A DNA stretch of 64,000 nucleotides. It comes from Azolla caroliniana. Lineage: Eukaryota > Plantae > Polypodiophyta. The stretch's first letter is position 1. Every line of letters begins with the position of its first letter. The stretch lies in contig JBHGNT010000007.1 of the NCBI GenBank assembly GCA_043228905.1, positions 7,254,001-7,318,000 on the forward strand, read 5' to 3'. This document shows positions 35,187-47,700 of this stretch, in pieces. The notes under the pieces are model-generated. The model made no database searches. It was not told the DNA's origin and saw only the letters and a list, made by a program, of their open reading frames with translations. Both the position numbers and the translations under genes were made by a program.

Positions 35187-37225
35187 TAGGGTAACCTCGT
35201 GCACTCCGGATGTTGTGCACCGGTTCATGAGGTAGGCGGCGGTATTTGCAGCTTCTGCCCAATATGATTTGGGCATATGCTTCTCATTTAGCATGGCCCT
35301 TGCTACTTCGAGGATGTGCCGATTCTTGCGTTCGGCTACACCATTCAGTTGTGGTGTGTGTTGGCAAGTGAATTCTCGCCGAATTCCTTCTTGTTGAAGG
35401 TATGTTGTGAACGCATCAGAGAAGTATTCCTTTCCTCCGTCTGATCGAAGACATCGTACATGACGCCCAGTTGTCTTTTCGACTTCGCTTTTGAATTTTT
35501 GGAAGTGTGTAAACACTTCGCTCTTCATCCTCATGGGAAAGATCCATGTGTATCTAGAGAAGTCATTGATGAAGGTAACATAGTACCAACATCCTCCGAA
35601 CGTAGCTGTCTGTGCCGGTCCCCACACATCCGAGTGGACTACGTCCAATAGGCCTTTGCTCACGTTCCTCTCCTTCGGGAACGGGTGTCGATGTTGCTTG
35701 CCAAATTGGCATGCTTCACATACTCTTTCAATCTCTTTCTCTTTGAAGGTCGGGAGCCCAATGACGACTCCTTTCGATTGCATCGCCTTGAGTTTGTTGA
35801 GATTGATATGGCCGATTCTTTTATGCCATAACTCTATGTCGATGTTGTGTTTGAGGCCCTTTGCAAACATGCCCGATTTTACCTCATTCGCTTCGAGGAT
35901 AAACATTCGGCGTTCCCTTCGACCACGAGCAATTAGTCGGCCTTCCTTCTCGATGAAGCAACCTCCTTGGTTGAATCGAACTTGCATCCCTTGCTCCACA
36001 ATTTGGCCGGCCGAGACCAAATTCTTCGTTATGGTGGGTACATGTAAGACATTTTTTATGCAAGTTTGTTCACCTTCTTTCCCGAATGGGACATTGCCGA
36101 CATGCCGAATCGGATGAGTGGTGTCGTCTCCGGTCTCGACATAACCAGGTCGATCCGGCTCTCGAAGGTCTTTGAACCATTCTTGATGGGACGTCATATG
36201 GTTCGAAGCACCGGAGTCGACGAACCATACATCTTTCGGATTGGAGGCATTAGTCGAAGTAGAGGCCGACATAGGATTTGCTCTATGTCTCATTACAAAC
36301 ATTCCGCCGTGATCTTCATAATCGGAGTTGGTGGCGTAATTGGTGAGTTGTCGGCTTGTGGAAGCCGACTCACGCTTCTTCTTTCGGCACTCTTCTTCAT
36401 GGTGGCCAATTTTTCCGCAATAACCGCATTCGATCGAGTTTTTTCGACTCGAACCGGAATGGAAGCTCTCCCTTCTTCTGAAGGTTCCTCGATGGCTTCC
36501 GCCTTGTTGCCGAATTTGGGAGTTGTTGTCGTAAGTCGGACCTCGTCCGCCACCTTGTCCCTTGCCGAATCAACCTCTTGCTCAGCCACGTCCTCTTCCT
36601 CCATTCGAATGCACGTAGAGCATGTGGCCTTCCGAGGCGTTGCTCCTTGTTCGAACATGATTCCCTTCGACCAATAACATAGATTGAACATCAAAGAAAG
36701 AGGGAGGATTCTCCCTTGGTACGACGACGGTTCTCATCGATCCGAACCGTGGTGCAAGGCCGCCGAGGCATATTTGCACCATCTCATCATCATCTACATT
36801 GACGCTTATTGAGCCAAGCGAGTCACAAAGCTCCTTGATCCTCAAGGTGTAGCTTGTGATGGACATGTCCCGTTGTTGGATGTTATTCAACTCTTGGCAG
36901 AGTTGAAGCTTCCTCGCGGTCGTGTTGGCGGTGAAAATCTTTCGTAGATTTTCCCACGCTTCCTTCGGCGTCTTGGCTTCTCGAATGTAACCAAGCATGT
37001 GGTCGTGAACACATGTCTCCAAGCAATACATTACTCGACTTGCCGCTTGCTCCTATGTTGAGTAGTTGGCGTCTTCCGGGTCGGGTTGGTTTTCTTGTGC
37101 TCCCTTGATGTAACCCCAATAGCCTTGGCCGACAAGGTATTGGTGCATCTTGTACTCCCAAGATGCGAAGTTGTTTCGGTCCAACTTCTCGCTAGGGAGA
37201 ACGCTCCCCATTTGAGTATTCATGG
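35187..37225 (-). pseudogene. Copia B gag, protease and integrase core
   Basis: EKLDRNNFASW gag start, AKTPKEAWENL, WFVDSGASNHMT, WHKRIGH, CEAC, VHSDVWGP, LRSDGGKEY; frameshifts. Confidence 0.92.
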
Positions 37226-37378
37226 TGTTCGATGTAGATTTCTTCCTTCTTCTTCTCTCTTGAATACGAGCTATGTAGTCGCACTACGATAGCGATGAGT
37301 CGGTTCTTCTTGAACGTCGGCATAGAGCTCAACACATGTGGATGGGCTAGATGGTGCTACCAAACCACTCTGATACCA

Positions 37379-37775
37379 TGTTAAGAATCGGTGGTGATTC
37401 TTGACAATGGAATAGACTAGAGATATGTGTTGTGAGTGTGTGTGTGGGTGAGAGAGAAGAGAGGAGAGGAGAAACACTAGATAGATAGATTTTAATCAAG
37501 AATAGAATACTCAAGACAATGTATATTACAAAGGAGATTAACCAAACTTAATACAAAGTAGGAGGAGAGTGCTTTATATAGTCACTCTCTCTCTTCATTA
37601 ACTACCGAAGCTCATGGGTAATGGGGAATGTGAAAGCTCATTAGTTATGTGTCATAGAATATGATTCTATGACACGTAGTTAATGTGTGGATAAGAGTGG
37701 TGACTTTTGACCTTTGAGTGCACACTCTCAAGGGTGTGTTCACACACTAAACTAGGTTGAGCTTGATTCTCAACA
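37379..37775 (-). repeat. Copia B 5' LTR
   Basis: TGTTAAG...TCAACA with adjacent PBS and TSD. Confidence 0.94.
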
Positions 37776-39419
37776 AGGAGAAAAGAAGAAGCTCTCAAAC
37801 CCTAACCCAAGAAGAAAAAGAAAAAGAAAGAAAGAGATGAAACCCTAAATGGTACACCCTCTAAGGCAAAATGGGTGACCCTGAAATAAGCCATCTTCTT
37901 CCCTTCTTATAGAGGAAAAATAGACACCTATTTTAGCATTCAATGTTTTTATTATTTTATTGGCTTTAAAAGTTGCGCCTATTTTATCATTCAATGCTTT
38001 TATTATTATCTTAGCTTTAAAAGAAATTTAGAAAATGGGGGGATAAAATACACCATAATACACATTGGGAGAGACTCAAACTTTCCACGCCTTTGTACAC
38101 GCATAGTAACCCTAACCACTAGACTAATAACACTTATTTACTATATATTTATTTTCATGTATACATGTCTTTGTGAAATGTGCATATAACCTTGCTTTTT
38201 CTCATTTTCTCACACTTGACACGTCACACCATGACAACGACGGACCAGGAATCATGGTTTCCACAATTCAACGAATCGGGCCCCTTCATGCAACTAGAAC
38301 AGGGAACAATCAAGAAGTTTGATTCTCCATCCTAGTCACAATCAAAGTCAACAAAGCTAAAGTCATTGTGGGCCATATTTGCAGGTTTAACAACATGGTA
38401 GATATGGATGCACCACTACCGTAGGATCTTCCAAGGGAAGTACACCTCGCTTGCAAAGGTGATCATGGAACTTTGGGATCACCTAATCGTCTTCCTTCGC
38501 GGGTCACATAAAGATATTCAAGGCGAAATGGACTCTGCATCCAAGGCACGAGCATCCTTCATCTTAAAATGGAGTGGAACGCCGATGATACGATTGGAGG
38601 GTGACAATATACAATGGTGTTATCTCCCCCTGAAATGGCTCTTCCCACTAAGGACTCCCCCCATGTGGCATCCCCCCACAATCCCTGAACTACAGAAGAC
38701 CCTTAGTCTTCCCTTCTGAGAAGGATCACTCTAGGCTACACATTGTTTTAGAGTTAATCAAAGTCACGGTGCTCTATATGAGGCCTAGCTCTTGTACATA
38801 TGGTACTTCATGTATTTCTTCCTAACTAATGGGTAGGGTTTTTTTTTTATATATAACTTTTTCTTTTACAACCTTGGGAACCATTTGTTCGAATTCATCA
38901 ATAACAGACTAAATAGAGTTAGTGATAGTGGGCATCCTTGCTCAACACCAATAATGTTATTGAATTCCATCATTCATATGCACACAACATATAACCTTCT
39001 CATATATAACAAAGAGAGTGAGTGCGAGTGATGCATAATTAGAAGCTCTGGAGTGATTGACAATCACTCTCGCATGGTTTGCTACTAATAGTGTAAATAG
39101 AGGTTCGGATCCGTTGGCCAACAAATTGATGTTGAGGTAGACCTTTGTTGATTCATAGAGATGTTTTTATGTCATGTACATGGAAGCCACATATCTATTT
39201 GGTACGACTTTTGGTTTTCTTCCTTTTTTTATTCAATATTGTTCTTGGCTATAACCTTTGAAAGTTTGAACTACACTATCCTTGCTTTATCATTTTTCTT
39301 GTGGAGAACCTTATCATGCTTGCCATAGCAATGGAAACATCAATAATGATAAGCACACAAATCTAGCAACTTGAAATGTTTGTAATATCTTGGCGACAAT
39401 AAGGATCTACCCAACAACA

Positions 39420-40200
39420 CTCTTCAAAGGAACTGAACATTAGCTTGCCATAGAAGTTTGGTGGTATGCAATCTTAATTTCGAGGATGTATTATGCATCC
39501 TAGTAAATATCCAACCAAAATAGCACAAGTATTATTTGGATCCTTATTAATTAGTACACAACTAGCATGGTTTGTCCCACTATTAGAGACAAGGTCTCCA
39601 CTTTTAGAGAACTTCGATAGTTTTATCAAGGTGTTTCAAGATACCTCTAGTGTAAGAAAGCAATCATCAAGATTTAAAGGTTACAATAAGGAGATCATAT
39701 AGCCTTGGATTAACATGCTAGATTTTTGTGTTATTGCATGCAATATCCCTTGAAGTGAGGAAGTGTTGCCAAGCACAAATAGATGCACACCCATGATCAA
39801 AGTAGACACATGCCTCAATGATAGTAGCTTCACCTTTAGAGCCAGTGCAAGCACCCATCTTTATTTTTGTCGATGGTTCCATTTCAAAGGATATTGAAGC
39901 AACAAGGCAACAAGGACCATTTTCTAAAGCTCAAAAGCAACAAGGTCAAGAAAATTGTATATGTTCCTATTTGTGGTGGTTTAAGGCACATAATGATGAA
40001 TTGTCCATATAAACCAATATGTCAAGAAATCCAAGTAGTTGTACAAGATAAACTTGTCTCTGGTTGTGTAATTATTGCTCTCCCACTCAATAGCATAGGC
40101 TTGAAAAATATTTTTACTTTCATTGTTTTTAACGGATAGCAAAATGCATATATGATGCTTTGCCCATGCTCGAGAACTCAACCTAGTCCTAACCTCCTCC
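39420..40200 (+). pseudogene. Old chromovirus gag remnant related to E
   Basis: MHPSKYPT...LAWFVPLLETRSPLLENF aligns with E gag MHPSRYPT...LAWFAPLLEKESPLLNNF; DIEATRQQGP aligns with EIDTTRRRGT. Confidence 0.75.
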
Positions 40201-41128
40201 ATGGAAATGAAATGAAATGACCTTTTTGTTAACCATTTTCTCCCTCAAACGAACTTTCCTAAGGAGGGCACTAGTTGTTTGTTAGTACAATGAATACACC
40301 CTTCTGTCTAATCTATTTAATCTATGGGTTAGGAGGACCTAGAAAGGGTGGGCGTTTAGCCGAGGGTATTGAGAAATGAATACATTTGTGTCCCACAACA
40401 TACAACCAAACTAAAATAAAAATTCGTAGGTGGGAAAAAATGGGATAGATCCCCACCATGAAGTGAAGAGATTTAAATGAGGCCACCAGAATACATAAAT
40501 AATGTGCCATTTCATGAGTGATTACTGAAAGTATAGAGAAGTGTAAGAAGAGTAAACTAATAAATTTAGCAAGTAACAAGTATTCATCACTACTCATTAG
40601 TTTATATAGAATCCATCTAATTAGTTAGGCGTTTTGAAATCCATTATTTTCACCAAGCATATAAAATAAAATGGAGTGACTTAGGGTACCTAGTTCCCCT
40701 AGAATCATGGGAGGTATTCGCCCATTATATGGCTCGCCCACTTGACTTCTTTCAGTTTTTTACTTTTTGAATAATTTAGATGACTACACATGAACCACAG
40801 TTGGCTTTTAGGAACGAAGTAGCAAATAACATGTTCTTAGCCAACAATGCCCACTTCAACACAAGTAGATTGGTCCTTATTCCTAAGGAAGTATTTTCCT
40901 CCTCGATCAATTGGGGGAGGAGGAATGGGAGGGATACTGGTTGTCTACAACTGATCTTTTGGATTCTTTACTATGAGTGCTTTCGAGACATTTTCTATGT
41001 CTATGCAATAGTTAATGTATTTGTCTTTGTTATTCTCGCGGTTCTCGCATGGCATTGAGGTTCCCTATCACTAACAGAAATAATAAAAATATGTGATAAC
41101 ATTGGGTTGTCACTTAATGTATGCATCG

Positions 41129-41551
41129 CAATCGACAACAGTTCGGTTTGAACTGAACCGAACCGCGAAACCATGGCTTAACGATTTAAACTGTTTCGTT
41201 TAGGTTCATGTTTTTGTAAACGGTTTATTTTTCGGTTTGGGTTGGTTCAAGCCTTTATTGGTTTAACGGTTCTCGATTTACATGGTTTGAAACTGCGGTT
41301 CAAATGGTTTAAAAAATTAAAATTTGAAAATTAAAATGTCAAAATTTGAATTTTGACCTATCTTGAAAACCAAAACCAAACGACGAAACCACGGTTTAAA
41401 GGTTTGAAAGTCTCTTAAACCGTTTGATTTAAGCTTGATTTTTTGGTAACGGTTCGGTTTAAGTTTCAAAATTTTTAAACAATTCGGTTTTAAACAGTTT
41501 GAGTTTGACACTCTCGAACCGAACCGAACCGAACCGAACCGTCGCCAATTG
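41129..41551. mobile_element. MITE-like non-autonomous DNA transposon
   Basis: Imperfect TIRs CAATCGACAACAGTTCGGTT / AACCGAACCGTCGCCAATTG; interior is dense in AACCG/CGGTT motifs; TSD not clear. Confidence 0.6.
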
Positions 41552-41736
41552 TTATGGATGTATATTTTTGCTAAAGGGGGGTTGAGGGGCTATTTCTGTA
41601 AATAAAGAGAAGGAGGGCGGGCTATTTTCACAGTTTAGAGAAACAAGAGGGCTTTCTGTGCAAACGTTACGCAAAGAAGACCTTACTGAGAGAGCAAAAG
41701 GTCTTCAGTGTGTCAGATGCGTGCGACCCGCTGGCG

Positions 41737-44700
41737 ATGGCGTTTCTCTTCACAGATATGTCTCCGTTTCTGCTCATCCTGCCTCTTGTAAGTTTCTCCT
41801 CCTCCTTCTGCTTCCGTTCCTCAGATCCTTTGGATTTCTCACGTTTCGCTTCTTTGCTTTCGCGCTTTCTGCACTCTCTGCTAGCTCTAACAGAGGTCGG
41901 ATCGCAGGTTCTGTTTTCCTGTGTATGGGTTTTCAGCTATGTCTTCCAATGGTTGCAAGATCTCGACAACGGTGCGCGGTAAGAAAAATAGACACGGTAG
42001 AGAAATAATTTTAAATTGAAGAGATGAGTATGTGTTCTTAAGAGAGAAGAGGGAATATGTGTGTTTTAAGAGAGAGGAGAGAGTATGTGTGTGTTAGAGA
42101 GACAGAGGAGATATTATGTATTCTTAAGAGAGAAGAGGGAATATGTGTGTTTTAAGAGAGAGGAGAGAGTATGTGTGTGTTAGAGAGACAGAGGAGATAT
42201 TATGTATTCTTAAGAGAGAAGAGGGAATATGTGTGTTTTAAGAGAGAGGAGAGATTATGTGTGTTAAGAGAGAGGAGAGAGTATGTTTCGACAAGGGAAG
42301 GAGAGTGTGCGAGTTTAAAGTAAATCAGAATTAAGTGGAGGTCCTTTATTGCTCGTCTGTGGTTTGTGATAGGTCACCTATGCTCTAGAAGAGAGCACAG
42401 ATATGCTCCTAAAAGATGAAGTTCCCTCTTGCTGATCCGTCTTGTATCTATTGGTCATTGCTGAATTATCCCACGATAGGGGGTTTGCATTGCAATGAAT
42501 CGCCTATCCTATACTTGAAAAAGGAATATAGGGAGATTCTTAAAAAAGATCTTTTCTCGTGCTTGTCTTTTTAATCTCTTGGAGATTGCTGCATAGCATG
42601 GTGATAGTGGGATTGTGACCATTGAAAGAGATAATTAGATTCTTGTCCTCAGATTTCATATAGGATTAAAGCAAAACAATATCACATAGTGCATGTGGAG
42701 TTTCTCAGTGACTTATGATGTTCCAGAATTTTGCTGATGGCATTAAAATAAGTTGAGAGTGCACACTATGATTGAAAGACATATATGTGTGGGGGTAAGT
42801 CAAGGTTGAAAATGTGGGGAAAGCAAACTTGATTGGGATTGAAGGTGTAGTAGAGTTTGATATCACATTTTGAAAATTGTTGCATTAAAACATGTATAGT
42901 TGGTACTTTCATACGCTGTCTCACATAAAAAACAATGTGAACTGTATGGCGATGGTATGGATCGTGGGCAAGAAGGGATAGGCTCTAAAATGTATTGACG
43001 AGTTTGGTTTTCTATTCAGAGAAGGTGATGTTTTTGTAATTTGGTTCACCATTTGTAATGGAATGTGTGGAGTGTGATGTGAGCCTCTGGATCTCTCCAT
43101 GTCGTGATAAATCGGCACTGGATAAAAGTCTTATTCACTAAGGAATTAATTGAGGCATCATGAATCAAGTATAATTCATTCCATTTTCAAGCCATTTCTA
43201 CATATCTTACATCCATTTAATATTCAATGTTCTTCTTTTATGTGTCTCTCTAAGTTTTCTTTTGCTTGCTTCCCATGCGATGATTGTAGGAATCGATGTG
43301 AGTTTAAAAAGAAATTATGAGCATGTACTCCAAAACCCTCTCCATATCCATAATCCCAATAGGAAGTGACCCAATCATAAGAATTAAGAGCATCTGTATA
43401 ATAAATATTTGCATCTTGACTTAAAGAAACTTCACAAGAGAACACATTTGAACAATTTTGAACTTTTCCAAGTGGACTTATAGATGCTGTCATCCCATAT
43501 TTCGACTATGTAGGAAAACATTGGTGTCACCAAAATGTCAATGTATTTCTCGAGACAGAGACTTTATAATTGCCCTCAGATGTATAATATGACCCATGGC
43601 AGCGGAAAGAGTATATGAACTATATTTCGGAGGCTAGAATCATGACCTGTGGTACCAAGTGAAACACACAAAGCATTCTTTTACTATCGTAAGACAAGTA
43701 TGGATTTCAATGCTTATTCCTCTTTTTTCAGACCCCAGACCAAGCAAGACTGAATAGAGCTTTCCGACCAAGAGCTTAAGGACGTGCAAGAAGAGAACCA
43801 GGAACAAAATGAACTGTGAAAATCATCTACAATGAACATTCCTAACCGACCAAGCCATCATCAGCCTCAATACCAAAGAAGACCAAGTATTCTTTTCTCC
43901 AAGAAGTTTTCAGAGTCGTGGAAGCTGTCCACCATAATGATTTTTGGTTGTTGCATGGACAGAGGCATAGCTTAATCCCTGCCAATGTGTTCCATCCCCA
44001 ATAGACACACACACACACACAGAAAGAAAGAAAGAAAGAAATATTAACGTCTTTTAAGAGGCCAAAATGGCCTATAAGACCAAACAAGAGATTACATTTT
44101 ATGTGTTGTCTCGTCTTTGAGAACAACAAATCAAAATAGAATAAATATTACTCAATAAATATAAAAGTAAATAAGATAAAAACAGACGAGGGAATCTGGC
44201 TTTTGTCACATGTGAGATTCTCAAGTTAGAAATATTGTAACTTTTTTCTTTGAAAGATCTCTCGTATAGGTCGATCCAGAATGGAGAGGCCTCCGGAGCT
44301 AGGGAAGCACCTGCCATGGCGGGAGATAATGGCCTTTATTTGTCGATGACAAGGGTGTTGTGGTCTTAGTCCATGGGGCCGGGGCCTACGGACACGACAA
44401 ATTGCTATTGCATGATCTATTATAACCCCTTTGTTCTATCCTGGTCAGGAGCCGATTTGTGTATCCCTTGATTGACCCGTAGCATTAGGACTGATGGGGC
44501 TAAAGAAAGTTGTGATTTTCCTTTGTGGATGAGCTTGTGTGGCTATATTATTGCCCTTCAACGACTTTTCCCTATGTCTCTTGAGTTCTAGCAAGAAAAA
44601 TCCTAGGCACCGTTGGTCCTCATATTCCATTAAATTGCGTAGCGGATCAAAGCCTTGTTTAAAGAGGCAATGGTATCTCCCTCTGATTTCATAAAAGACA

Positions 44701-47700
44701 CTACAATGGCAAACATAATATTCTTCGGATTCCACTCCTTGATGACACAATTGACAAATTTTTTCTTCAAGAGGTATTCATGTATATCTCCCCTCCCTAC
44801 CTCAATCTCTAGCTGATGTGAAGAAGTTTGCAACTACAATATCACACTGCGCATATAAGGTGGCCTGATGATGAATCCATCCTCTGATGTGTGTAAGAAG
44901 TGTGTCTTGTTGTGGGTCATCTTTATACTTAGTGAAATTTTGGGGCTGATCCATGTTATCTTTTTTTCCAAGTTAATAATATAAGTTTGGATCACTCTAT
45001 TCTTTTCCACTTTGGTCATATTTAGATGGGGAGAGTCCAAGCTATATTGGAATGGGGGTAGTGCATTTATAGGCATGCCATGTGACTCAAACCATTGCTG
45101 CATTTCGGCATACCAACAATGAATGTCTCCAATTTCAGCCAGTTGTCGTGATGACATAAGTGCCAACCTTGGGTACCTTCGTTTAGGGAGCTCCCAAAGA
45201 CATTGGATACATGTCACTGATTAGAACAATGCCTCGGTGATTATAGGTGTTGCTCCCATCTTTGCCCGGATTATATCATGGGACACTGATGCTTTCCTCC
45301 TTATCATGTGGGCAATCATTGACCCTAAAGGTCTCTCGAAATCTTTCCAATGATTTGTCGTGTTAAGACTCGGTTCCCACATTTTTAATCCATAGAGAAG
45401 AGTTGGCGTGACAAGTGTAGTGTATCAAATATGTAACCACAACTTAGTTCGTGGCTCTTGGAACTGCAAATGTGCACATTATCTCTCGAGAGCACCAAGG
45501 GTTGCTATCCATGAGAAAGTCGGGCACAAGCAGCCTGCCGTAAGGAGAACCTAGGCCCTGTAAATGTTATTCCTAGGTATATATAGGAGCTTGTGTATTC
45601 CGCCTTTTCCTCCCCCAAGAAGAATTCCGGTTCTGATCTTGTTGCCCATGTTTAAATGGTGTTAAACACCATCACTTTAGTTTTTATCTATGTTTATTGA
45701 CAAACCTTTGTCAGTTCAAAATAGTTTTAAGGCGTTTAGTTGTCTTTGTAGTCCCTCCGGAGAGCCAGAAATTTGCACAATATCATCAGCATATAGTAAT
45801 ATTTATATAGATATACCTGCTAGGCATGCTCCCAAACCCCCGAATCTCTCTATGTAATGTGATACCTCATCTATATAGAGACTGAAGAGAGTGGGTGATA
45901 GTGGGCATCCTTGCTTCACTATGGTTGTGCTAGCCACCACCTCTGATAAACAATTGGAAGACTGCACTTTTCCAGACATGGATTCATAGAGTGCATAGAT
46001 TCCCCATCGCATATTTGTAGGAACACCAAGGGCTTCAAGCTGTTGCATAAGTCGAGCACGTGGCACAATGATGTAGCTCGCTAGGTTAGGGCTAGGTAAG
46101 CTTAATTTTGACTTTAATTAGGCTTTTGAATAGTGTTGAGAACTAGAGAGAGAGTCAAACGCAAAGCCAAATTAGCATTGTGCTAGTGGGCATCCTTGCT
46201 TCACTCCAATTGTGCTAGCCACCACATCTAACAAACAATTTGAAGACCACTTTCATAGAGTGCATAGATTCCCCATTGCATATCTGTAGGAACACCAAGG
46301 GCCTCTAGCCGTTGCATAAGCCGAGCACGTGGCACAGTGATGTAACTCACTAGGTTAGGGCTAGGTAAGCTTAATTTTGACTTTAATTAGGCTTATGAAT
46401 AGTGTTGAGAACTTGAGAGTGAGTCTAACACAAAGCCAAATTAGCGTTGAAAGTATGCCCAACTAGCCCTTCCTTAATCTTCACCTACGTTTGCAAGCAG
46501 CAAGACCAGCACGGGAGTGAGATGGCTTAGGAGTGAGTTCTTGGGTTCGGAACTTCTTGGGGATTCTCACAACATTGTAGCTGCCCAAGAAAATACCCTT
46601 GACATGGTATATGTAATTCTGACGATTTCTTTGATTTCATCATTGGGTTTAGAACTTCCTGGGGATTTGGACAGCATTGAAACAGCCTGAAAAATTATGC
46701 AATATGGCAAAGAATGTTCTTCCTTCTCCAACATATTCATGTTGCATAGCATGCACAGTCTTTTCTTTATAAGGTTAATGTTATTGCTATTTAAGACTAG
46801 GCTTAGCGGTGATTGCTTGAGACTATTGTGAAGAGACAAGGATTACCATCATTGGATTTAAAACTTCTTGGAGATTCTTACAAATTTGGGCACCCCTAAA
46901 AAACAATCATTGGTATGGTGTATGTTGGAAAATCAAACACAAAGTGTTCTTCCTTCTCCTCCATAATCATGTTTCACAGTGTGCTTGATCTTTTCTTTGT
47001 ATCCAAACCTTCGCATCTTGCAATCTCATCAGGTAAGCTGTGTGGGTTGGTTTATGAATTATAGCGCTCCTAACTTGTAACGTCATTGTCATATAATTTG
47101 ATCTCAGCTGTCAGGTCAATGTATTGTTCCAATCAATGAGCAAATTCTTAAATGCGCTTGTTTGTAGGTCGGCAACATATTTATTCTTCTTTTGTTTCCA
47201 AGCTACTATCAAGCTCCCACTTGTGGTTCCATCCTCTAAGAAAATGTTCCCATCTTGATACTACCAACTTGCTTCTAATGTTTTTTGCTGCATAGAGACT
47301 ACTTGCTGCTCTGAATGAGAATGGCATGTTCACCTGTTTTGACTTTAGTCAAATAATTGTAGAACCTTTGTTGGGAAAACAACTTGATTGGCCTTCTTCC
47401 TGCCTGATGAAGCATGGTCTAGTATATGGTGTTGAATGTGAATTTTATCCCCAGATTATATATACCATAGAAAGTAGTTACAGTGTGGTGGTTACACTTG
47501 CCATGCTTATTTCTCCGAATGAAAGTTTTTCTTAAATATCTGTGTCGTTGGAGAGCATGTGACAAATATTTCAATGAGCCTTGATGGTTTGTGGAGACGA
47601 GCTTATTGAAAATGGCCAAGTTATCATCATCTACTAAGAAAAGAGAATTTAGTTTTATTCCTAAAGGAGTGTAAAGTTTGAGTGACTTTATATGTTGATT

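Larger units (their letters stand above)
14845..37775 (-). mobile_element. Ty1/Copia element B, outermost element of the nest
   Basis: TSD AGGAG at 14840-14844 and 37776-37780. 5' LTR 37379-37775; 3' LTR split into 14845-15191 and 28146-28213. PBS (minus TGGTATCAGAG) 37368-37378; PPT next to 28213. Confidence 0.95.

Noticed and set aside
35121-35190. Novel C-terminus of the 393-aa ORF (LCHDMARLEP...)
   Set aside because: Artefact of the B integrase frame running into the inserted E LTR.
37795-37850. Interstitial telomere (AAACCCTAA)
   Set aside because: Only isolated telo-box-like motifs, not an array.
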